DNA of 64,000 bases from Candidatus Roizmanbacteria bacterium CG_4_9_14_0_2_um_filter_38_17 (GCA_002788855.1 PFSB01000006.1:99292-163291), one strand, 5' to 3'; shown: positions 28,528-38,771, counted from the first letter of the stretch. Numbers and translations: made by a program. Notes: generated from the sequence alone by a model not told the origin.

Positions 28528-29610
28528 ATGAAAGCAGTAATTTTTGCAGGTGGTGTAGGAACAAGATTGTGGCCGCTGTCTAGAAAAAAATCCCCCAAAC
28601 AATTTGAGCAAATTGTAGGTAATAGCTCCACTCTTCAATTATCAGTTGAGCGTTTAACATCGAGTTTTACGCCTGAACAAATATATATATCTACAGGAAT
28701 GCCATATGTAGATATGGTCTCGGATCAGCTTCCAGATATACCTAAAGATAATATTATTGGTGAACCTGAAATGCGTGATGTGGGTCCAGCTGTTGGTTTA
28801 ATATCTGCGATCTTACGTAAAGATGCTCCTGGTGAGCCATTTGCAATATTATGGAGTGATCATTTGGTTAAAAATGTGAAGCTATTCAACCGTATCTTAG
28901 GAGTTGGTGGAAAATTAGTTGAAAAAGATAAAGACAGTATAGTCTTTATTGGTCAAACCCCACGCTTTGCTAGTGAAAACTTAGGATGGATAGAAAGAGA
29001 TAAAAAACAAAATGAGATAGAGGGGATAGATGTATATGGATTTAAAAGCTGGAAATATCGACCAGATAAAGTTACAGCAGATAAGTTTTTCAAGAGTGGT
29101 AAACATCTCTGGAATCTTGGTTATTTTGTTACGACACCAGAGTTTTTACTTAAGCAGTATAAAAAATATGTTCCAGAAATGTACGAAAAGCTCCAGAAAA
29201 TAGTCGAATTAAGAGGAAAAGCTGGGTATGAAAAAAGGCTTAAGGAGATATATCCAACTTTAGAAAAAATAAGCTTCGATAATGCAATCCTAGAAAAAAT
29301 AGAGACTGGAAATAGATATGTAATCGCGGAAGACATCGGGTGGAGCGATGTGGGTGCCTGGGAGGCTTTAAAAGAGGCATTAGAGGATGAGCCAGGGCAG
29401 AATATAACTAAGGGGAAGGTTATTATAAATAATTGCAGTGATAGCTTAATATATAGCTATACGGGTCAGACCGTTGCGGCCATAGATCTTGACCATATGA
29501 TGATTGTAAATACTGAAGATGTGCTCTTGATTTGTCCTAAAAAATCTACACCAAAAGTTAAAGAATTGGTGAATAGCTTAGTAGGCACGGATAATGATCA
29601 TCTTACATAA
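28528..29610 (+). CDS. manC: Mannose-1-phosphate guanylyltransferase (GDP-mannose pyrophosphorylase, no PMI domain)
   Basis: IFAGGVGTRLWPLSRKKSPKQF N-terminal NTP-transferase signature; 360 aa. Confidence 0.75.
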   Translation: MKAVIFAGGVGTRLWPLSRKKSPKQFEQIVGNSSTLQLSVERLTSSFTPEQIYISTGMPYVDMVSDQLPDIPKDNIIGEPEMRDVGPAVGLISAILRKDAPGEPFAILWSDHLVKNVKLFNRILGVGGKLVEKDKDSIVFIGQTPRFASENLGWIERDKKQNEIEGIDVYGFKSWKYRPDKVTADKFFKSGKHLWNLGYFVTTPEFLLKQYKKYVPEMYEKLQKIVELRGKAGYEKRLKEIYPTLEKISFDNAILEKIETGNRYVIAEDIGWSDVGAWEALKEALEDEPGQNITKGKVIINNCSDSLIYSYTGQTVAAIDLDHMMIVNTEDVLLICPKKSTPKVKELVNSLVGTDNDHLT

Positions 29611-29613
29611 ATA

Positions 29614-30249
29614 ATGTATCCCAAACTTAAACGCGTTTTTGATCTTGTTTGTACAACAATTTTAATGATTGTTTTTTTGCCCATTGCTTTGTTTACGGCA
29701 ATTGCTATTAAATTGGATACAAAGGGTCCAGTCTTTGCAGATACCCCAGAGCGAGTAGGAAAAAATGGTGTACCTTTTAAGATGTATAAATTTCGTTCAA
29801 TGATTATGGATGCTCATAATTTACTTAGAAAAGACCCCAAGTTGAGAGTATTATACGAGCAGTATAAAAAGAATAGTTACAAGTTGGTTGAAGATCCACG
29901 TGTAACAGTAGTGGGTAAGTTTATTCGTAAACATTCTGTTGACGAGCTTCCACAGCTAATCAATGTGATTCGTGGTGAGATGAGCTTAGTTGGTCCCAGA
30001 GCTTATTATCCTGACGAACTAAAGGATCAGCAAAAAAAATATCCACATACACAAAAATCTGTGCAGAAGGTACTTTCTATCAAACCAGGAATCACTGGTA
30101 TCTGGCAGGTATCAGGTAGGTCTGAGGTGAACTTTGATAAACGAATTGCTATGGATGCAAAGTATGCAAGTAAACGATCATTGTTGTATGATATTTCTAT
30201 TCTTCTTAAAACACCTTGGGCCATGATTGGTGGAAAAGGAGCGGTGTAA
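29614..30249 (+). CDS. Small initiating phosphoglycosyltransferase (bacterial sugar transferase, WbaP/WcaJ C-terminal-domain type)
   Basis: One N-terminal [10 protein letters not shown] and [21 protein letters not shown] motifs. Confidence 0.8.
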   Translation: MYPKLKRVFDLVCTTILMIVFLPIALFTAIAIKLDTKGPVFADTPERVGKNGVPFKMYKFRSMIMDAHNLLRKDPKLRVLYEQYKKNSYKLVEDPRVTVVGKFIRKHSVDELPQLINVIRGEMSLVGPRAYYPDELKDQQKKYPHTQKSVQKVLSIKPGITGIWQVSGRSEVNFDKRIAMDAKYASKRSLLYDISILLKTPWAMIGGKGAV

Positions 30250-30251
30250 AT

Positions 30252-32219
30252 ATGGATTTTAAAAAAATAGAAATAAATAACCAACCAGAAGCTCAAGTTG
30301 AGACTAAAGGTTCAAGCAGAAGGAGACTTAAGGTGGGCTTTCCCAAGCTTAAATTCAGTAAAAAAACTGGAATAATCTTGACAGCTCTACTAGGAATTCC
30401 GCTTATATTACTAATTGTTTTGGGTGTAGTCGTGGGTATTCCAGCTCGCCAAATTTATGCAGATGCTAAAGTAGCTAAGGATCAACTTCAGGTAACCAAT
30501 GCAGCTATAAAAAAGCAAAATCTCAAAGATGCTAAAGAAAGCTTAAAAGACTCCAAAGACAAACTTACAGTTCTTAATGCTTCTGTTAGTAAGCTTAACT
30601 GGTTTGGATCCCTACCAGTTGTTGGTGCCTACCAAAAAGATTTGAAAAGTTTGGTGACAGCGGGGATAGCAGCTGTTGAGGGAGGTCAAATTGCGGTAGA
30701 TGCGATTGAGCCATATGCAGATTTATTAGGCTTAGAGGAAGGGACCTCATTTGTAAATAAATCTACCGAAGATCGCTTGCAAACAGCTGTGACGACAATA
30801 GGTAAACTGAGCCCAGCGTTAGATGAGATTGCAGGAAAATTGACTATTGTAAGAGATGAAATTGGGAGCATTGATCCAGCTAGATATCCAGAAAAGTACA
30901 AAGACCAGGAGGTAAGAGTTAAGATTGTAGACGCTAAGGCTCAAGTTAACGATCTAGCAGATCTGTTTATTGACGCGAAGCCATTTTTAACCGCGCTACC
31001 TGATCTAATGGGGGCAGACGAAGCAAAAACATATCTTTTCCTTTTTCAGAATGACAAAGAACTACGTCCAACGGGTGGCTTTATTACAGCCTATGCATAC
31101 TTCCGGATGCACAAGGGTAAAATTGAGGTAATTCGCTCAGATGATATCTACAATCTAGATAATGCTAGACGAAAGAAAGTTGCCGCTCCTGAAGAGCTAT
31201 TAAAATATCATAAAGAGGTCTATGAGCTAACCTTAAGAGACAGTAATTTATCTCCAGATTTTAGGGAATCAATGTTGTTATTTGAGGAGTTATATAGTGA
31301 TGTTTCGGGTAATTTGGAGATAGATGGAATCTTTGCTTTAGATACGCATATGTTGGCAGAGTCGATGAAAATTCTTGGTCCGATAAATGCATATGGTACA
31401 ACTTTTACAACTGAACCCGATGATCGTTGCGGTGGCTGTCCGCAAGTGGTGTATGAACTGGAGGAATATGCGGACAAACGAGTCGGCTATATACGAGAAA
31501 ATAGAAAAGATATTATTGGAGTATTAATGTCCCAAATTATGCAAAAAGCGTTAGGAGTATCTCCTGGTCAGTACTGGGGTCGATTGTTCCAGATGACACT
31601 TGACGAAGTTGGGCAGAAGCATTTTATTGCATATTTCCATGATAAAGACGCTCAAGCAGGAGCAGAGGCACTTAACTTTGCTGGCAGGATAAAGGATTTT
31701 GATGGAGATTACTTGCATGTTAATGATACTAACTTTGCTGGAGCAAAATCTAATATGTTTACAAATCATACGGTTGAACAAGAAATAGATATTGCTAAGG
31801 ATGGGACAGTTACAAAGACTTTAACCTTAAGTTATAAAAATACAGAACCAGGTTCTCCTGGTTGTAACTTAGAGCGCGGAGGCCTTTGTTTGAATGGATT
31901 GCTTAGAAACTGGGTACGTATTTACACACCAGAAGGATCCCAGCTTCTGGACTTTAAAGGTTCAGAGACCGATCCAGTGGAGAAGAATGAATTAGGAAAG
32001 ACGGTTTTTGAAGGATTCTTTACAGTGCGACCTGAGGGACAAGCGCAGCTAAAAGTTTCGTATAAGTTGCCGTTTAAGGTGAGCTCTACTGAGGACTATA
32101 ATATGTTAATTCAAAAACAAGCTGGTACAGAAGGTCATAAATATATTATTAAACTGAATGGTAAAATGGTTGAAGAGTTTGATCTTATTACAGATAAAGA
32201 ACTTCAACTCACCCTCTAG
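30252..32219 (+). CDS. Membrane-anchored extracytoplasmic protein, DUF4012-like
   Basis: Single N-terminal TM (GIILTALLGIPLILLIVLGVVVGI), coiled-coil region, conserved-looking RPTGGFITAYAYF segment; start set to ATG 30252. Confidence 0.4.
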   Translation: MDFKKIEINNQPEAQVETKGSSRRRLKVGFPKLKFSKKTGIILTALLGIPLILLIVLGVVVGIPARQIYADAKVAKDQLQVTNAAIKKQNLKDAKESLKDSKDKLTVLNASVSKLNWFGSLPVVGAYQKDLKSLVTAGIAAVEGGQIAVDAIEPYADLLGLEEGTSFVNKSTEDRLQTAVTTIGKLSPALDEIAGKLTIVRDEIGSIDPARYPEKYKDQEVRVKIVDAKAQVNDLADLFIDAKPFLTALPDLMGADEAKTYLFLFQNDKELRPTGGFITAYAYFRMHKGKIEVIRSDDIYNLDNARRKKVAAPEELLKYHKEVYELTLRDSNLSPDFRESMLLFEELYSDVSGNLEIDGIFALDTHMLAESMKILGPINAYGTTFTTEPDDRCGGCPQVVYELEEYADKRVGYIRENRKDIIGVLMSQIMQKALGVSPGQYWGRLFQMTLDEVGQKHFIAYFHDKDAQAGAEALNFAGRIKDFDGDYLHVNDTNFAGAKSNMFTNHTVEQEIDIAKDGTVTKTLTLSYKNTEPGSPGCNLERGGLCLNGLLRNWVRIYTPEGSQLLDFKGSETDPVEKNELGKTVFEGFFTVRPEGQAQLKVSYKLPFKVSSTEDYNMLIQKQAGTEGHKYIIKLNGKMVEEFDLITDKELQLTL

Positions 32220-32770
32220 TGGAATCCTTTAAAGCAGTAGCAGTTATTCTAAAGCGAACGAACTTTGGCGAAGCAGATAGATATGTTTCATTATTTACCC
32301 GGTCACGAGGTAAGCTTACAGGTATTGCAAAAGGAGTTAGGAAAATGACTAGCCGCAGAGCAGCTCATCTTGAGATATTTAATCAGTCGAAACTATATTT
32401 TTCGGTAAACAATGGAACATATTATATTAATGGAGTTGAGAGTATTAATAACTATCGAAACCTTAAAGAAAATGAAGCTAAAGTCCATTTGGCGTTTGCA
32501 TTTTGTGAGTTGATTGAAAAAATATCTCCCGAAGGTGTTCCAAACAGAAAAGTATACGATGTGTTATTGCTGGCGCTTGATCACATAGATAAGCTATCTG
32601 AAGAACTTACTTTGTCTTACTGCGATAAGGTGATAGAAAGATTCTTTTTAAGAGTATTAACTGAATACGGATATATATCAGATACTATGTCAGTTGATGT
32701 GATGGAATATGCTCAACAAATCATTGGACGCAAGTTTAACTCAATTGAGGTAGCTAAACGTACATTATGA
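32219..32770 (+). CDS. recO: DNA repair protein RecO (short form)
   Basis: N-terminal OB-fold pattern AVILKRTNFGEADRYVSLFTRSRGKLTGIAKGVRK. Confidence 0.55.
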   Translation: MESFKAVAVILKRTNFGEADRYVSLFTRSRGKLTGIAKGVRKMTSRRAAHLEIFNQSKLYFSVNNGTYYINGVESINNYRNLKENEAKVHLAFAFCELIEKISPEGVPNRKVYDVLLLALDHIDKLSEELTLSYCDKVIERFFLRVLTEYGYISDTMSVDVMEYAQQIIGRKFNSIEVAKRTL

Positions 32771-32783
32771 TAGAATTCTTATC

Positions 32784-34163
32784 ATGGATGATTTAATGAA
32801 AAAAATTGTTTCCCTGAGTAAGCGACGCGGATTTGTGTATCCTGGTAGTCAGATCTATGGTGGATTAGCTAATACCTGGGATTACGGACCGTTAGGAACT
32901 ATGTTAATGAAGAATATTCGTGATAGTTGGTGGACGCTGTTTATTACTCAAAGAAGAGATATGTTTCCGCTTGATTCGGGAATTCTTATGAGTCCTAGGG
33001 TGTGGGAGGCTTCGGGTCACACTTCAACTTTTAATGACATGCTTATAGATTGCCGTAACTGTAAATTGCGTACAAGAGCAGACCATCTAATAGAGGAACA
33101 CTTTGAAGAAAAAAAAGAAGAAATAAAGGTAGAAGGTTTATCTAGTCAGGACTTGGCAGATATTATTCAGAACCATGGAATTGTGTGCCCTAAATGTAAA
33201 AAAATAGATTGGACTGCTCCACGTGCTTTTAATCTATTATTTGAAACTAACATCGGTATTGTCCCAGAGAATCAGTCAAAAGCTTATTTACGAGGAGAGA
33301 CAGCGCAAGGAATATTTGTTAATTTTAAGCAGGTCGTAGAAAGTATGCGCCCTAAATTACCTTTTGGAATAGGTCAGATTGGTAAATCATTTAGAAATGA
33401 GATTACCAAAGGTAATTTCGTGTTTAGAACTTTGGAGTTTGAGCAGGCTGAGATCGAGTATTTTTTTGATCCAGAACAAGATGACTGGAGAAAATTGTTT
33501 AATAGCTGGAAAGATAAAATGCAGACATTTGTAGTTGATGAATTAGGGATAGATAAGGCGAAGCTACGTTGGAGAAAGCATACAGATGATGAACGCTCGC
33601 ACTATTCCAGACATACAGAAGATCTGGATTACAAGTTTCCGTTTGGATATAAGGAGTTATGGGGAATTGCCTATCGCACAGATTTTGATCTAAAGCAGCA
33701 CATGGAGGAAAGTGGACAGGATCTTAGATATCTTGACCCCCAGACTAATAAAAAATTAGTACCTCATGTAATTGAACCAGCTGTGGGAGTAAATAGATTG
33801 TTTTTGATGGTTCTGGTTGATGCGTATACAGAGGAAGAAAAACGGACAGTACTAAAACTTAAGCCAAGCCTAGCTCCTTATGTTGCAGCTATTTTCCCTC
33901 TCTTGGGTAATAAGCCAGAATTAAAAGAAAAAGCAAAGGCTATATATGATAAGTTGCAAAAATATTTTAGCGTCACTATAGATGAGAGGGGTAATATAGG
34001 TAAAAGATATTTTGCTCAAGACGAGATTGGAACACCACTGTGCATAACTGTAGATTTTGAAACCCTTACGGACGGCGCTGTGACAATCAGAGAACGAGAT
34101 ACAATGGCGCAGAGTAGAGTTGCAATTGATAAAATAGTAGATTATATTAATGATATACTATGA
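32784..34163 (+). CDS. glyQS: Glycine--tRNA ligase (dimeric GlyQS type)
   Basis: SLSKRRGFVYPGSQIYGGLANTWDYGPLG N-terminal signature, class II motifs, 459 aa. Confidence 0.9.
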   Translation: MDDLMKKIVSLSKRRGFVYPGSQIYGGLANTWDYGPLGTMLMKNIRDSWWTLFITQRRDMFPLDSGILMSPRVWEASGHTSTFNDMLIDCRNCKLRTRADHLIEEHFEEKKEEIKVEGLSSQDLADIIQNHGIVCPKCKKIDWTAPRAFNLLFETNIGIVPENQSKAYLRGETAQGIFVNFKQVVESMRPKLPFGIGQIGKSFRNEITKGNFVFRTLEFEQAEIEYFFDPEQDDWRKLFNSWKDKMQTFVVDELGIDKAKLRWRKHTDDERSHYSRHTEDLDYKFPFGYKELWGIAYRTDFDLKQHMEESGQDLRYLDPQTNKKLVPHVIEPAVGVNRLFLMVLVDAYTEEEKRTVLKLKPSLAPYVAAIFPLLGNKPELKEKAKAIYDKLQKYFSVTIDERGNIGKRYFAQDEIGTPLCITVDFETLTDGAVTIRERDTMAQSRVAIDKIVDYINDIL

Positions 34164-34612
34164 AAAATTTAGTTATTGGAGTTGTGGTTTTGATTTTCTT
34201 GGTAATAGGCGGTTGGTTTCTATTTGGTAAAAATACCAATTCAGATATAGAATTGCTGTCAGAGCCAACAGTGACTCCAGCACTTGCCCCTATAGGAGAT
34301 GAGGTTAGTGTTAATTTTGAACCAAATAAAGCCCGTACGAAGGCTACCCTTGTAATCAGTGGCTTAGATAAGGCGGGAGTTGAAAGTTTAGAATATGAAG
34401 TACTCTACGAAACATCTGGCTTAGTTAAAGGAATAAATTCTGGTAGTTCACCTGTTGAGGTGGATGTTAATGGTGAAGTTGAGCGAGAGCTGGACTTTGG
34501 AACGTGCTCTAGTGGAGTATGTAGATATGATAAAGAAATAGGCACTATTACGCTAATAATCCGCTTTAATACCAGCTCTGGCACCAAACTCTTCAAACAA
34601 GAATACAACTAA
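34160..34612 (+). CDS. Hypothetical membrane-anchored secreted protein
   Basis: N-terminal TM then beta-rich 130 aa. Confidence 0.4.
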   Translation: MKNLVIGVVVLIFLVIGGWFLFGKNTNSDIELLSEPTVTPALAPIGDEVSVNFEPNKARTKATLVISGLDKAGVESLEYEVLYETSGLVKGINSGSSPVEVDVNGEVERELDFGTCSSGVCRYDKEIGTITLIIRFNTSSGTKLFKQEYN

Positions 34613-34618
34613 CCCCAA

Positions 34619-34643
34619 CATATAAAGATCCGATCTTTATATA
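34619..34643. repeat. REP-A palindrome (CATATAAAGATC-C-GATCTTTATATG), inverted orientation
   Basis: Perfect 12-bp arms around single C. Confidence 0.75.
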
Positions 34644-35344
34644 TGATATTATTAGTTTGTATGAGACTAGTCAATTTTGTGAATGGTCAGGTTTATCACA
34701 TATATAACAGAGGTGTTCGCAAGGATTTACTTTTTTATAGAGATTCTGACTATGTGAGGTGGGAAAATCTTTTATCCTGGTGTTCTAACTATAGCTATCC
34801 ATTTAGTAGTTATGTTCAAGGGCTAAAATCGCTTAGTAAGGAGAAGGCTAGTCTTGATGCCTATCAAGAACGTATAGAAAAAGAATATCGTTACAGTCGG
34901 CCTCTTGTTAATATTCTTTGCTATATTGAGATGCCTAATCATTTTCACTTAGTTCTCGAGCAAAACGTTGAATCAGGCATTTCTTTGTTTATGCAAAAGC
35001 TGTCCATTGCGTATGCAATGTATCTTAATAGTAAATATGAGCTATCTGGGTCAGCTTTTCAAGGTAAATATAAGTTTGTACACGTAGAAACAGATGCTCA
35101 GCTAGTTCAGCTGTTAAAGTATATGTTACTTAATCCCGTAGTTGCACTCATAGTTTCAATTTTAAATCTAAAAAAATATAAATGGTCAGCACTTAAAGAG
35201 TATTTGGGAAATACTGACAAGATGATAGTCGACACAACCAAGTTGCCTAGTGTGTTTATAAACCCACAGGAGTTATTAAATTTTCTTAAAGAGGAGTCAG
35301 GCTCTGGATTTACAGCGGAACTTGGTTCACTAGTTATAGACTAA
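34643..35344 (+). mobile_element. REP-associated tyrosine transposase (RAYT; IS200-like Y1/HuH transposase) copy 1
   Basis: HuH motif MPNHFHLVL, C-terminal KYMLLNPV (variant of RAYT Y-x-H-x-N-P motif, His replaced by Leu); flanked by inverted REP-A hairpins; probable true start MRLVNF at 34661. Confidence 0.7.
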
Positions 35345-35369
35345 TATATAAAGATCGGATCTTTATATA
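35345..35369. repeat. REP-A palindrome (TATATAAAGATC-G-GATCTTTATATA)
   Basis: Perfect 12-bp arms immediately after RAYT stop. Confidence 0.75.
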
Positions 35370-35427
35370 TTGGTTGTGGTGAAGATGTCTTGACACGTAG
35401 CTTAAATGTGGTGTAGAGTGGATATAA

Positions 35428-35883
35428 GTGGTGAAAAGTGGTGAAATGTTACTAGGTAGATATACGAGCCGTGTTACAGACAAGGGCAGAGTTGCCTTGC
35501 CAGCTAAGCTCAGAGCTGAACTAGGAGAAAAAATAGTAGTGACTCAGGGATATGAAAAATCACTAATCTTAGTTGGCGAGAGTAGTTGGCGAGAGCTGAT
35601 CAAAGGAACAAGTCAAAAGCCTTTTACTATTGGCGCAGCACGCGACACCACGAGGTTTTTATTAGGTAGCGCTAGTTCGGCGATTTTAGATAAGCAAGGT
35701 AGGTTTGTGTTACCTGACTATCTTAAGCAGCACGGTGAGATAACAAAAGAGGTAATATTTCTTGGATTAGGCACGTATATTGAGCTTTGGGATAAAAAGC
35801 GCTGGGAAGAATATCAGGAATATTTAAATGTGAATATTGAAGATATATCAGAGAGATTAAGTAAATTAAACATTGAAAAATAG
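35428..35883 (+). CDS. mraZ: Transcriptional regulator MraZ
   Basis: Two DxxxR repeats (TDKGRVALPAKLR and LDKQGRFVLPDYL), 151 aa, heads dcw cluster. Confidence 0.9.
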   Translation: MVKSGEMLLGRYTSRVTDKGRVALPAKLRAELGEKIVVTQGYEKSLILVGESSWRELIKGTSQKPFTIGAARDTTRFLLGSASSAILDKQGRFVLPDYLKQHGEITKEVIFLGLGTYIELWDKKRWEEYQEYLNVNIEDISERLSKLNIEK

Positions 35884-36757
35884 TACACACTATGCATCTC
35901 ATATACCCGTTCTTCCACGGGAAGCTGTGGATAGCTTAAAGGTGAAGAAGGGTGAGAAATATATTGATGCAACGCTTGGTTTTGGTGGGCATACAAAAGA
36001 GATCCTTAAAAAAGGTGGAATACTTCTTGGAATAGATTGCGACGGTGAAAATCTGGCATCAGTAGGTAAGGATTTATCAGCATATGACAGCAATAGTTGG
36101 AAGTTGGTGCAAGGAAATTTTGAGAATATACAAAATATTGCAGAAGTAGAAGGGTTTAGCTCGGTCTCAGGTGTTCTTTTTGATCTAGGGATATCTAATT
36201 GGCAGTTGGATGAATCTAATCGGGGTTTAAGTATTCGTTTTGATCTTGATTCAGAAGAAAAACTAGATATGCGCTTGGATCAAACTCAAGAGATTACCGC
36301 TGAATATATAGTAAATAAATATTCTGAAAAAGAACTATATGAAGTGTTTAGTAAGTATGGTGAGCTAAGAGAAGCAAAAAGTATAGCAAGAATTATTGTA
36401 AAAAAACGGCCAATAGTTACAGGTAGTAAGCTTGTAACAATCATAAATTCAGTTGCCAGCTCAAAGAGCTTATTGGCAAGATCATTTCAAGCACTGCGTA
36501 TAGAGGTAAATCATGAACTTAGAGCACTAAAATCAGGGTTAGCTGGAGCAGAAGCCATCCTTAAGCCAGGTGGAGTATTAGCTGTTATTAGTTTTCATTC
36601 ACTAGAAGATCGACTGGTTAAACAGGCGTTTAATAATTGGTCAAATACAAAAAAGATGGAGGTAGTAACAAAACAGCCAATTACAGCTGGCACTCAAGAA
36701 GTAAAAGCAAATTCTCGAGCAAAAAGTGCAAAACTTAGAGTTGCTATAAAAAAATGA
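35873..36757 (+). CDS. rsmH: 16S rRNA (cytosine1402-N4)-methyltransferase RsmH (MraW)
   Basis: HIPVLPREAVDSL and DATLGFGGHT motifs. Confidence 0.9.
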   Translation: MKNSTHYASHIPVLPREAVDSLKVKKGEKYIDATLGFGGHTKEILKKGGILLGIDCDGENLASVGKDLSAYDSNSWKLVQGNFENIQNIAEVEGFSSVSGVLFDLGISNWQLDESNRGLSIRFDLDSEEKLDMRLDQTQEITAEYIVNKYSEKELYEVFSKYGELREAKSIARIIVKKRPIVTGSKLVTIINSVASSKSLLARSFQALRIEVNHELRALKSGLAGAEAILKPGGVLAVISFHSLEDRLVKQAFNNWSNTKKMEVVTKQPITAGTQEVKANSRAKSAKLRVAIKK

Positions 36758-37026
36758 AAAAAACAATAATTCTAACCCTGATTCCGTTGTTAATATTATT
36801 TGTTGTACAGATTACTGTATCTGCAAAAGTCTCTGGCATAGGTAAAGATGTGGCGCTTATTGAAGCCAATGCGATCAAACTTGACCGCGAAAATGATTTA
36901 TTACAGCATAAAGTAGCTAGTGAAACTGCCCTTCTTATAGTGCAGCAAAAAGCTGAAAAACTGGGAATAACTACCAAGGTTCCCGTTGAGTTTCTTGACG
37001 ATTCGGTGTATGTTGTACAGAGATGA
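36754..37026 (+). CDS. ftsL: Cell-division protein FtsL-like (single TM plus coiled coil)
   Basis: 90 aa, one TM, position between rsmH and ftsI. Confidence 0.55.
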   Translation: MKKTIILTLIPLLILFVVQITVSAKVSGIGKDVALIEANAIKLDRENDLLQHKVASETALLIVQQKAEKLGITTKVPVEFLDDSVYVVQR

Positions 37027-38693
37027 ACCGGTTACGCTTTATAGGGCTGTTGTTTATGTTAGTCTTCTTGCTAATCTGGGTTAGGCTTTTTTATTGGCAG
37101 GTAATTCAGCGGGATCGGCTCGCAACTCAAGCACAAGGACAATATGCTTCGGAGTATAGTGTATTTCCAACGCGCGGCAAAATTCTATCAGTTGATAATG
37201 CTGTTATTGTTACTAATCAACCTGCTTACATCCTATTTGCTGAGACTAAAAAATTACCTTCAGATAAGAACTATATATTTGAGATAGCCAAGGCGTTGGA
37301 AATTGAAGAAGCTTCGATTGCCGCAACTCTAGATACACAAAAAAACTGGGTGTCTGTAGTTCGTAAAGTAACCACGGAACAAAAACAACTTATTGAGGAG
37401 TTAGAGATTTCTGGTTTGGGTTTTGAACAGGAGAATGTGCGTTTTTATCCTGAAGGCTCGGCAAGTGCTGCTTTATTGGGTTTTGTAGGTGGAGATCTAA
37501 GCGGAGAGCCCAAGGGCTATTTTGGGCTTGAGGGTTATTATGATGAAATTTTGACGGGCAAGCCAGGTTTTGTACGTGCTGAAAAAGATGCACATGGGGT
37601 ACCAATACCCATAGGCTCACAAAAGCGCATAGAAGCTATTGAGGGCGCTGATTTAGTGTTAAATATCGACGTTGGAATTCAAAATGCTGTAGAGCAACAC
37701 TTAAAACGAGGAATAGAACGATATGAAGCAACGTCTGGCGCGGTTATTGTGATGCGCCCTACAACTGGTGCAATAGTCGCAATGGCGTCTTTTCCCTCTT
37801 ATGATCAGCGAGACTATGCAAATTATGATCCGAAGCTGTACAAAAATTCAATAGTGGCTGATACATTCGAACCTGGTTCAACTTTTAAGGTTATTACTAT
37901 GGCTGCTGCTATCAATGAAAAGGTAATTAAACCAACAACTACATATATGGAAACCGGACCTGTAGTTGTGCAGGGATACAAAATTAGAACATGGAATGAG
38001 CAATATGGTGGAAAGACAAATATGACCGAAGTGCTTGAAAGATCTTCTAATGTGGGAATGGTGTTTATTAGCCAGAAACTTGGCATAGAGCTTTTTTACA
38101 AGTATCTTCGTGAATTTGGCTTTGGCGCATATACTGGTATAGATCTTCAGGAGGAAGTAAGTTCTCCTTTGCGTAAAAGAGATTCCTGGAAAGAGATAGA
38201 TCTGGCAACCTCATCTTTTGGCCAGGGAATAGCTGTAACTCCAATTCAGTTAATACGCGGGGTTGCGGCAATTGCTAATCAGGGCGAGCTGGTGGTGCCT
38301 AAAATTGCAAATGCCATGCGCTTTGAGGATAATAGGGTGATTGACCTGATGACGGAACAAGGCAAGAGAGTGATATCTCCAGCTACCGCAAGTATAGTGA
38401 CGGAAATGATGGTTTCATCAGTAGATAATGGTGATGCGCGCTGGGCTAAGCCAAAGGGTTTTCGTATTGCCGGCAAAACTGGTACTGCCCAGATTCCAGT
38501 TGAGGGTCGTTATGATCCAGATCGTACTATAGCTTCTTTTATTGGTTTTGCTCCAGCTAATGATCCCGAGTTTATTATGCTTGTAATACTTAAAGAACCT
38601 CAGACTTCTCCTTGGGGGTCTGAAACAGCAGCGCCGCTTTTCTTTGATATCTCCCGCGACCTCTTTGCGTATCTGAATGTATCTCCAAGTTAA
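37023..38693 (+). CDS. ftsI: Peptidoglycan D,D-transpeptidase FtsI / class B PBP
   Basis: STFK (SxxK), SSN and KTGT active-site motifs, N-terminal TM. Confidence 0.9.
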   Translation: MNRLRFIGLLFMLVFLLIWVRLFYWQVIQRDRLATQAQGQYASEYSVFPTRGKILSVDNAVIVTNQPAYILFAETKKLPSDKNYIFEIAKALEIEEASIAATLDTQKNWVSVVRKVTTEQKQLIEELEISGLGFEQENVRFYPEGSASAALLGFVGGDLSGEPKGYFGLEGYYDEILTGKPGFVRAEKDAHGVPIPIGSQKRIEAIEGADLVLNIDVGIQNAVEQHLKRGIERYEATSGAVIVMRPTTGAIVAMASFPSYDQRDYANYDPKLYKNSIVADTFEPGSTFKVITMAAAINEKVIKPTTTYMETGPVVVQGYKIRTWNEQYGGKTNMTEVLERSSNVGMVFISQKLGIELFYKYLREFGFGAYTGIDLQEEVSSPLRKRDSWKEIDLATSSFGQGIAVTPIQLIRGVAAIANQGELVVPKIANAMRFEDNRVIDLMTEQGKRVISPATASIVTEMMVSSVDNGDARWAKPKGFRIAGKTGTAQIPVEGRYDPDRTIASFIGFAPANDPEFIMLVILKEPQTSPWGSETAAPLFFDISRDLFAYLNVSPS

Positions 38694-38722
38694 AGTTAAT
38701 TGTTTTAGCTCTTATTAGCGGT

Positions 38723-38747
38723 CTATTAAAAACTGGGTTTTTAATAG
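38723..38747. repeat. REP-B palindrome (CTATTAAAAAC-TGG-GTTTTTAATAG)
   Basis: Perfect 11-bp stem, 3-nt loop. Confidence 0.75.
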
Positions 38748-38771
38748 AATATTTGGTATTCTTGTATTGTT

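Noticed and set aside
28271-28638. Two minus-strand ORFs (70 and 113 aa) overlapping the GT4/ManC junction
   Set aside because: They are antisense to GT4 and manC coding sequence in a block where every gene is plus-strand and translationally coupled. No supporting features.
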